NCBI GenBank assembly: GCA_964016885.1
Contig: OZ024755.1
Span: forward strand, 37,324,001-37,388,000
Direction of reading: 5' to 3'
DNA from: Eledone cirrhosa
Lineage: Eukaryota
Length of the DNA stretch: 64,000 nt
Shown here: positions 53,999 through 64,000 of the stretch, in pieces
How positions within the stretch are numbered: the stretch's first letter is position 1
How the letters are laid out: each line of letters begins with the position of its first letter
Translations under genes and position numbers: made by a program
Notes under the pieces: generated by a model
Told to the model about the DNA's origin: nothing
The model's database searches: none
What the model saw: the letters and a program-made list of their open reading frames with translations, nothing else

Positions 53999-54949
53999 GT
54001 TTAAGTGAATGCTAATCTCTGGACATCATCAGCTCTCTGGACATCATCAGCTCTCTGTCTTTGAGCCAATACATCCAGTGCAATGTGGAAAGGAAACAAA
54101 CTTTGCAGGGAAAACTCTGAGCTTTGATGAGAATTAGCAAATATATTCCGGAGATATTTCAACGTGAATGACACGACTGAAATGAGTGAGAACTTATTCT
54201 TTTACTAGTCGGTGAAGATCTTATAAAGTTAGGGGACTCTTCTTAAAATGAAGTTTACGGGTGCAAGTAGAGAAAATTGGCTGAGGGAATGTGTCCAGTC
54301 TTAGCACGTGCATGTAAACTGCAGAAGACAACACGTAAATGACATACAGTTGTAATCCAGTATTCGCGTGAGTTACGTTCCTAGAGCACCCGCGAAAAGT
54401 GGTCCATAAAAATGCCTATAAACGTCAAAATATAATGTAGGTCCATAAAAATGCTCTTATTAAACGTGGTCCATAAAAATGCTCTTATATATAAAGTATC
54501 GATTATTTTAAGATTCACTTCTTTAAAATTTTCAAATGTTAACACTTCCGGTTAGCGTCCGTTATATCATAACACTTATTACATCGCTTATATAAACGCT
54601 CATAGATTTGCAGGTTTATATTTCTGTCGCTAATTTTCTCCTTTTTCATTTTCATAAGATTTTAGTTTATTAAATATACAGTTTATATATAATATATATT
54701 TAAATGTATCATGGATTACTTTACTGATTACAGAAGACAGTGTAACGCAGTCTTCGTTCAATTTCTGTGTATATTGTCAATTACGATTTCATTTGACGTA
54801 TTATATCTACAAGCATATATACTTGCGTATAATATCAATATACACACTACACATGCTAGCAGAAAAGCATAGTTGCCTAAACAGAACGCAAGCTTGTGAT
54901 CGGTGTGAGTTGTTAGGTAATTTGTACGTAGCTAATTACAACGAGACTG

Positions 54950-55100
54950 CGAATTGGGAATTGGCAGATTCATTAGAACGTTGGATAGAATGGTTTATGG
55001 TATTCGTTCCGACTCTCTGAGTTCAAATCCCACCGAGGTCAACTTTGCCTTTCATCCTTTCGAGGTCGAAAAAAGTACCTGTTTAGTACTGGGGTCGATT
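54950..55100 (+). mobile_element. tRNA-derived SINE
   Basis: B box GAGTTCAAATCCC plus core gcctttcatcctttcgaggtcga. Confidence 0.75.
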
Positions 55101-56088
55101 CTTCCTCTCTCGGAATGAAATTTGTTGTACTCAGGCCTGGAGAGGGATGGGCTCCGCCAGGCTGAAAAGGTTGGGTTGGTAAGGTGAGTTATAATAAGGT
55201 ATTAATGGGATTAAATTCAGATATAATTATATAGAAGTGTATTGGTATCGGTTAGTTTTATTATAGAGCAGGCGGTAGAATTTTTTTAGATTTGAAAATG
55301 AATTAATAGATTGGCAAAAGAGGATTATAAGAAATATTTCGAGGACAGTATGCTTAACATGTAAATAATTCTTCTTTAGTAAACACGAAAGCTGTGTACC
55401 TCTTGCAGATATGCCAACCTCTAAAAACCCAAACGAGGGGTACCGTGAAAAATAAGTGCTCCAAAACGAAGAGAAATTAAGAAAAATGGGGAGATTTTAC
55501 ATAATGAAAGCTGTACCCATTTTCACAAGAGAAGACATTTGTGACCCACCCCAAAGTGGATGGGACATCTCGCCGTCTGACGGGGAGAGTTGACAAGTCT
55601 GCTCTTGCTAAGATGGGTTACAAATTCTCAATGCAGCAAGAAAACCCACACACAAACGTTGGCTGACCGGAATGGGTAATTGGTGTTCAATTTTAAGCAA
55701 AATGTATGAGATCTTGATCTTGCAGTTGCCCTTTTCTGACCTATACCAGCTGAAGTAAATTGATACGAAAGATCAACGACAACATTTGATCAACACGAGA
55801 TATTGAAGGATGAGACAAGAGGAAATTTCTGGAACCAGATATGCCTCTAACCGACATTACTGTCAGCAGACACAGATAATTACCAATAGCTCACTTACAC
55901 TTCTCTAAGGCAATGTCACTGGATCGAGATCTTTGGCACCATGCAGTTGTACAGAAGACCCACCTTCCCTTGCATACAAACCTACAGTCAGTAGGCACCT
56001 CTTAACCCAATATACACCTCACCCCACACACCCTACCCCATCCTCCCATTTCCATCCACTGTGTTGGTGACACAACTAAAAGCACATA

Positions 56089-59000
56089 GTCCACACTGTA
56101 AGGTGGTCGTGTAGGAGACACGGTAAAAAGGCTCCCTGTCCACACTGTAAGGTGGTCATGTAGGAGACACGGTAAAAAGGCTCCCAGTCCACACTGTAAG
56201 GTGGTCATGTAGGAGACATGGTAAAAAGGCTCCCAGTCCACACTGTAAGGTGGTCATGTAGGAGACACGGTAAAAAGGCTCCCTGTCCACACTGTAAGGT
56301 GGTCATGTAGGAGACACGGTAAAAAGGCTCCCAGTCCGCACTGTAAGGTGGTCATGTAGGAGACATGGTAAAAAGGCTCCCAGTCCACACTGTAAGGTGG
56401 TTGTGTAGGAGACACGGTAAAAAGACTCCCAGTCCACACTGTAAGGTGGTCATGTAGGAGACATGGTAAAAAGGCTCCCAGTCCACACTGTAAGGTGGTC
56501 GTGTAGGAGACACGGTAAAAAGGCCCAGTCCACACTGTAAGGTGGTCATGTAGGAGACATGGTAAAAAGGCTCCCAGTCCACACTTTAAAGTGGTCATGT
56601 AGGAGACACAGTAAAAAGACTCCCTGTCCACACTGTAAGGTGGTCATGTAGGAGACACGGTAAAAAGGATCCCAGTCCACACTGTAAGGTGGTCATGTAG
56701 GAGACACGGTAAAAAGGCTCCCAGTCCACACTGTAAGGTGGTCATGTAGGAGACACGGTAAAAAGGCTCCCAGTCCACACTGTAAAGTGGTCATGTAGGA
56801 GACACGGTAAAAAGGCTCCCAGTCCACACTGTAAAGTGGTTGTGTAGGAGACACGGTAAAAAGGCTCCCAGTCCACACTGTAAGGTGGTCATGTAGGAGA
56901 CACGGTAAAAAGGCTCCCAGTCCACACTGTAAAGTGGTTGTGTAGGAGACACGGTAAAAAGGCTCCCAGTCCACACTGTAAGGTGGTCATGTAGGAGACA
57001 CGGTAAAAAGGCTCCCTGTCCACACTGTAAGGTGGTCATGTAGGAGACACGGTAAAAAGGCTCCCAGTCCACACAGTAAAGTGGTCATGTAGGAGACACG
57101 GTAAAAAGGCTCCCAGTCCACACTGTAAGGTGGTCGTGTAGGAGACATGGTAAAAAGGCTCCCAGTCCACACTGTAAGGTGGTTGTGTAGGAGACACGGT
57201 AAAAAGGCTCCCAGTCCACACTGTAAGGTGGTCATGTAGGAGACACGGTAAAAAGGCTCCCAGTCCACACTGTAAGGTGGTCATGTAGGAGACACGGTAA
57301 CACGGCTCCCAGTCCACACTGTAAAGTGGTCGTGTAGGAGACACGGTAAAAAGGCTTCCAGTCCACACTGTAAGGTGGTCATGTAGGAGACACGGTAACA
57401 CGGCTCCCAGTCCACACTGTAAGGTGGTCATGTAGGAGACACGGTAACACGGCTCCCAGTCCACACTGTAAAGTGGTCGTGTAGGAGACACGGTAAAAAG
57501 GCTTCCAGTCCACACTGTAAGGTGGTCATGTAGGAGACACGGTAACACGGCTCCCAGTCCACACTGTAAGGTGGTCATGTAGGAGACACGGTAACACGGC
57601 TCCCAGTCCACACTGTAAAGTGGTCGTGTAGGAGACACGGTAAAAAGGCTTCCAGTCCACACTGTAAGGTGGTCATGTAGGAGACACGGTAACACGGCTC
57701 CCAGTCCACACTGTAAGGTGGTCATGTAGGATACATGGTAAAAAGGCTCCCAGTCCACACTGTAAGGTGGTCATGTAGGAGACACGGTAACACGGCTTCC
57801 AGTCCACACTGTAAGGTGGTCATGTAGGAGACACGGTAACACGGCTCCCAGTCCACACTGTAAGGTGGTCATGTAGGAGACACGGTAACACGGCTCCCAG
57901 TCCACACTGTAAGGTTGTTGTGTAGGAGACACGGTAACACGGCTCCCAGTCCACACTGTAAAGTGGTCGTGTAGGAGACACGGTAAAAAGGCTTCCAGTC
58001 CACACTGTAAGGTGGTCATGTAGGAGACACGGTAACACGGCTCCCAGTCCACACTGTAAAGTGGTCGTGTAGGAGACACGGTAAAAAGGCTTCCAGTCCA
58101 CACTGTAAGGTGGTCATGTAGGAGACACGGTAAAAAGGCTCCCTGTCCACACTGTAAGGTGGTCATGTAGGAGACACGGTAAAAAGGCTCCCAGTCCACA
58201 CTGTAAAGTGGTCATGTAGGAGACACGGTAAAAAGGCTCCCAGTCCACACTGTAAGGTGGTTGTGTAGGAGACACGGTAAAAAGGCTCCCAGTCCACACT
58301 GTAAGGTGGTCATGTAGGAGACACGGTAAAAAGGCTCCCAGTCCACACTGTAAGGTGGTCATGTAGGAGACACGGTAACACGGCTCCCAGTCCACACTGT
58401 AAAGTGGTCGTGTAGGAGACACGGTAAAAAGGCTTCCAGTCCACACTGTAAGGTGGTCGTGTAGGAGACATGGTAAAAAGGCTCCCAGTCCACACTGTAA
58501 GGTGGTTGTGTAGGAGACACGGTAAAAAGGCTCCCAGTCCACACTGTAAGGTGGTCATGTAGGAGACATGGTAAAAAGGCTCCCAGTCCACACTGTAAGG
58601 TGGTCATGTAGGAGACACGGTAACACGGCTCCCAGTCCACACTGTAAAGTGGTCGTGTAGGAGACACGGTAAAAAGGCTTCCAGTCCACACTGTAAGGTG
58701 GTCATGTAGGAGACACGGTAACACGGCTCCCAGTCCACACTGTAAGGTGGTCATGTAGGAGACACGGTAACACGGCTCCCAGTCCACACTGTAAGGTGGT
58801 CATGTAGGAGACACGGTAACACGGCTCCCAGTCCACACTGTAAAGTGGTCGTGTAGGAGACACGGTAAAAAGGCTTCCAGTCCACACTGTAAGGTGGTCA
58901 TGTAGGAGACACGGTAACACGGCTCCCAGTCCACACTGTAAGGTGGTCATGTAGGATACATGGTAAAAAGGCTCCCAGTCCACACTGTAAGGTGGTCATG

Positions 59001-59488
59001 TAGGAGACACGGTAACACGGCTTCCAGTCCACACTGTAAGGTGGTCATGTAGGAGACACGGTAACACGGCTCCCAGTCCACACTGTAAGGTGGTCATGTA
59101 GGAGACACGGTAACACGGCTCCCAGTCCACACTGTAAGGTGGTCATGTAGGAGACACGGTAACACGGCTTCCAGTCCACACTGTAAGGTGGTCATGTAGG
59201 AGACACGGTAACACGGCTCCCAGTCCACACTGTAAGGTGGTCATGTAGGAGACACGGTAACACGGCTCCCAGTCCACACTGTAAGGTGGTCATGTAGGAG
59301 ACACGGTAACACGGCTTCCAGTCCACACTGTAAAGTGGTCGTGTAGGAGACACGGTAAAAAGGCTTCCAGTCCACACTGTAAGGTGGTCATGTAGGAGAC
59401 ACGGTAACACGGCTCCCAGTCCACACTGTAAAGTGGTCGTGTAGGAGACACGGTAACACGGCTCGCAGTTCACACTGTAAATGTGGTT
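56089..59488. repeat. 49-bp satellite, ~69 copies
   Basis: Unit CCAGTCCACACTGTAAGGTGGTCATGTAGGAGACACGGTAA(AAA/CAC)GGCTC. Confidence 0.97.
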
Positions 59489-59608
59489 GGTGTTAGGAAG
59501 GACATCCAGCAAGACACGGTCCCCCGACCATTACCGCATCAAATGGAACAAAACTGTCTAACCCATGCTAGCGTGGAAGATGGACGTTAAACGATGATGA
59601 TGATGATG
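59470..59608 (+). mobile_element. SINE/LINE-type 3' end with (GAT)n tail, continuing from the satellite
   Basis: ggtgttaggaaggacatccagc..aacccatgctagcgtggaagatggacgttaaac(gat)n. Confidence 0.6.
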
Positions 59609-60086
59609 TCTCTAGCGTGGAAAAAATGGCAATGTTAAGGAAGGATGAAGATAAGAACTGTGTGTATGAGGCCAATAACTCAGTTAAGTGCGGAGATTAG
59701 AGTTTTCTTATATTCTGTCCTCTGACCAACAAAATATTAATGATTACTAGGAGATCTATTGAAGACAATTTCAACTTCATTCATAAATATTTAATTTTAT
59801 CTCTGAAGTCCCTAAATGATATAAAATATATTTCCAATACCACCACGGAATATATACGGACGAGTAGGAAATGAAATATAATTCATGAAAGCAACGTAAA
59901 CCATATTGTTAGATAAGTAACATTAGTATCTACACCGTCGTTAAGACAAATGCTGGAGTAGCCTGAAAATGTGCTGAGAATTTATCTGTAATAACATATT
60001 TTAGGTCTGTACTCTACATAGAGCGCTCATTATTCTTTACTTATTCTACGGAAACACTTGACATCACCCAAGACGCACGCACACAA

Positions 60087-61492
<1,406 letters not shown>

Positions 61493-61498
<6 letters not shown>

Positions 61499-61660
61499 TA
61501 GTAAAAGGAAAAGAAAATGCTGATAAATTTTCCCAGTGAAAAATAGTTTAATTAGGAATAATTAAACTATTTTTCACTGGGAAAAATAATTTGTCAGCAT
61601 TTTCTTTTCCTTTTACTAATATATCACAACTCGTGTGTTACACCTCTATTCTTTTAAATA
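61493..61660. repeat. TA-flanked fold-back (~60-bp arms, GGAA loop ~61555) with 3' tail
   Basis: ttagtaaaaggaaaagaaaatgctga.. / ..tcagcattttcttttccttttactaa. Confidence 0.85.
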
Positions 61661-61728
61661 TATATATATATATAAAATTTGAAAAGTTCCTGTACACAGC
61701 TAATTATTCTATAAGTCTCTAGCTGTGT

Positions 61729-61818
61729 CATTCTCGATAAAAGCACTGGATATGTAGTCCTGAAGATTTCTAATAAGAATGAAACGCGTAGATTACTTCC
61801 CTTGCTTTTATCGAGAAT
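61729..61818 (+). ncRNA. Type I hammerhead ribozyme with extended stem I
   Basis: GTAGTC-CTGAAGA-T-TTC-TAATAA-GAA-T-GAAA-CGCG-TA-GATTAC (61754-61796); distal 16-bp stem ATTCTCGATAAAAGCA/TGCTTTTATCGAGAAT. Confidence 0.88.
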
Positions 61819-61908
61819 CTAATTGTAATACGTGACGTATTCTATTCTATAGCGATTAGGTCTGCAAAATGTTTATTATAAACATACAGAATATTTTCGA
61901 ATATTCTA

Positions 61909-61995
<87 letters not shown>

Positions 61996-62002
61996 GGGGG
62001 GT

Positions 62003-62232
62003 TTAGTTCCTCAACAAATTAGCAAACCATAGTCGAGGACGCGCGTTCACCTAACAGATTTTCAACCCGAGTAAGAACTTCCGTTCTCCGCACAACCTCA
62101 TTCGGGTTGAAAATCTGTTCGATGAAACGCGCGTCCATCAGTATGGTTGGCTAATTTGTTGGGGAACTAACTATATACAGAACTGGAATGAGTGCTCTAC
62201 TTACTACAGATATAACCCCTCGGTTTTTCCGA
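62003..62232. mobile_element. Fold-back module carrying GAAACGCGCGTC hammerhead half
   Basis: Arms 62003-62070 / 62102-62170, then tail to (TA)n. Confidence 0.7.
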
Positions 62233-62357
62233 TATATATATATATATATATATATCCAGGGAGTGTAACGCGGAGTTACTGTAGGTTCACCCGGGTGAGC
62301 ACTCCATGTTTAGGTTCACGTCAGTAGCGAGGTGTAGAGCTAGACAGAGGGTGATAT

Positions 62358-62748
62358 AATAATTGTTTCTACTTTTGGCACAAGGCCAGCAATTACCCAG
62401 TGCATTACTGGTACTTTATTTTATCGACCCCATAACGATGAAAGGCAAAGTTAACCTCGGTCGTATTTGAACTCAGAATGGCAAGGGCCGTAACTCTATG
62501 CGTCAAAGCATGGTGTCCGACCCTCTACCGATACTGCCAATCCACCGCCCCTTATAATAATTGTTTCTACTTTTGGCACAAGGCCAGCAATTACCCCAGT
62601 GTCTTACTGGTACTTTATTTTATCGACCCCGTAAGGATGAAAGGCAAAGGTTAACCTCGACGGAGTTTGAACGCAGACAAAAAGGGCCGTAACTCTTTGC
62701 TGCAAAGCATGACGTCCGACCCTCTACCGATATTGCCAATCCACCGTC
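62358..62748 (-). mobile_element. Two tandem full-length tRNA-SINEs (62358-62549, 62557-62748)
   Basis: Each has A box, B box and core. Confidence 0.88.
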
Positions 62749-62767
62749 CTTCCCCTTATAATAATAC

Positions 62768-62945
62768 AAGGACGAATTGTTTCTCCTTCATTGCGTTTAT
62801 TGGTTGGTGACGCGCGTTTCGCTACTGATCAGCTCAGGGGTCGATGTGTATCGATCTACCCCGACTCTGGAATCAACAGTTCATCGGACTTTTGACGAAA
62901 TGAGCATCACCAACCAATAAACGTAATGAAGGAGTAACCATTGGT

Positions 62946-62950
<5 letters not shown>
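62768..62950. mobile_element. Fold-back module with decayed long-stem-II hammerhead (minus)
   Basis: Arms 62768-62810 / 62907-62949; CCGATGA..GAAACGCGCGTC. Confidence 0.65.
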
Positions 62951-63026
<76 letters not shown>

Positions 63027-64000
63027 GGGGTGTACGTGGATCATTATTCATAATTGTCTCTGTTTTATCTTTATGGAAATTTCCATTAAATTCATTTGTT
63101 TCACCTCGTGTAATTTTTCGGATGTAACTTATGCGACGTAAGGATTATCTGAAAGCTTTCCAGGATGTTGAATATCGTCAATGCACTCTTAAAAATATAT
63201 ATATTTTAGATGGATCTCCCTTTTTCTAAACGTCAACTTTAGTAACTATATATTCGAGTTCGGTTAATCGAGTAACCTGCGTAGCTCGAACATCTTGTAA
63301 ACATGTTAATGAAACGTCAAAAAATTATATGATATAATATTGCTCATCAGTGACTGCTATTTAATACCCGAGCAACGCCGGGTACCTCTGCTATTATGAT
63401 ATAATATTGCTCATGTACAACAAAACATCGGCAAAACGACCATTGCTTGTTTTGCAGACAAAGACACGTTTAGTATAGCTTCTTATTGTTGTTTGCTTTA
63501 TATCTTTATTTTCTTTTTTCTTTTTCCTGCTGCTTCCTCCATGATTCCACCTACCATCCAAAAATAAACGGAAACTGAATAAATATTCCGTCAAATATTA
63601 AGTTACCTACATCTTTTATTTTCCTACTTTTTATTGTTGTATGTGTTGGCTCGCTTGTTTTCCAGAATTCAACTTGACGCCGCTCTTACTATCATCAATA
63701 TCTTATGAAATGAATAAAAACAAACGCTGTTTAAAAATATGACTGCGTGTATAGAATAATTTAGGTGGATAACGAATGAATATAACAAAGAGAAAATAGT
63801 AAATTTAGTTCAAATATTGCTGAATCAATGAAGAAATCGACAAACGAAAAACTGAGACAAAACAATTAAATAATTTTTAAAACTAATTTCATAAATATCG
63901 ACAAAAATGTAAATAAATTAAAATTAAACAATGAAATAAAGTCGGAATGGTTAAGCAAATAGTTGGTATAGGGTTCATTACGTGATGCGAATGAAATTTT

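Noticed and set aside
56002-59512. Repeated MDWEPFY.. ORFs / CRISPR-like periodicity
   Set aside because: Contiguous 49-bp tandem repeat with no unique spacers and no cas genes; eukaryotic context

Overview
AT-rich, repeat-saturated eukaryotic (animal) DNA with no supportable host gene. The SINE types and very long (TA)n/(CATA)n tracts suggest a cephalopod/octopus-type genome (inference). It holds four decayed Penelope-like retroelements (PLEs; RT + GIY-YIG), non-LTR fragments (R4/Dong-like, CR1-like, RTE-like), about 15 tRNA-derived SINEs, hAT-type MITEs, Helitron-like ends and three satellites (39, ~96 and 49 bp units). The standout signal is about 30 hammerhead-ribozyme (HHR) motifs (CUGAnGA-stem II-GAAA-stem III-UH) from at least 8 sequence families. 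They sit in 150-600 bp non-coding modules whose ends mostly abut (TA)n tracts. Many modules are asymmetric fold-back palindromes with two outward-facing ribozymes. Four families can be traced within the window to the 3' ends of coding PLEs, and one module is a 557-nt terminally redundant, retrozyme-like unit. All structures were read by eye; nothing was folded or searched computationally, and coordinates are approximate.
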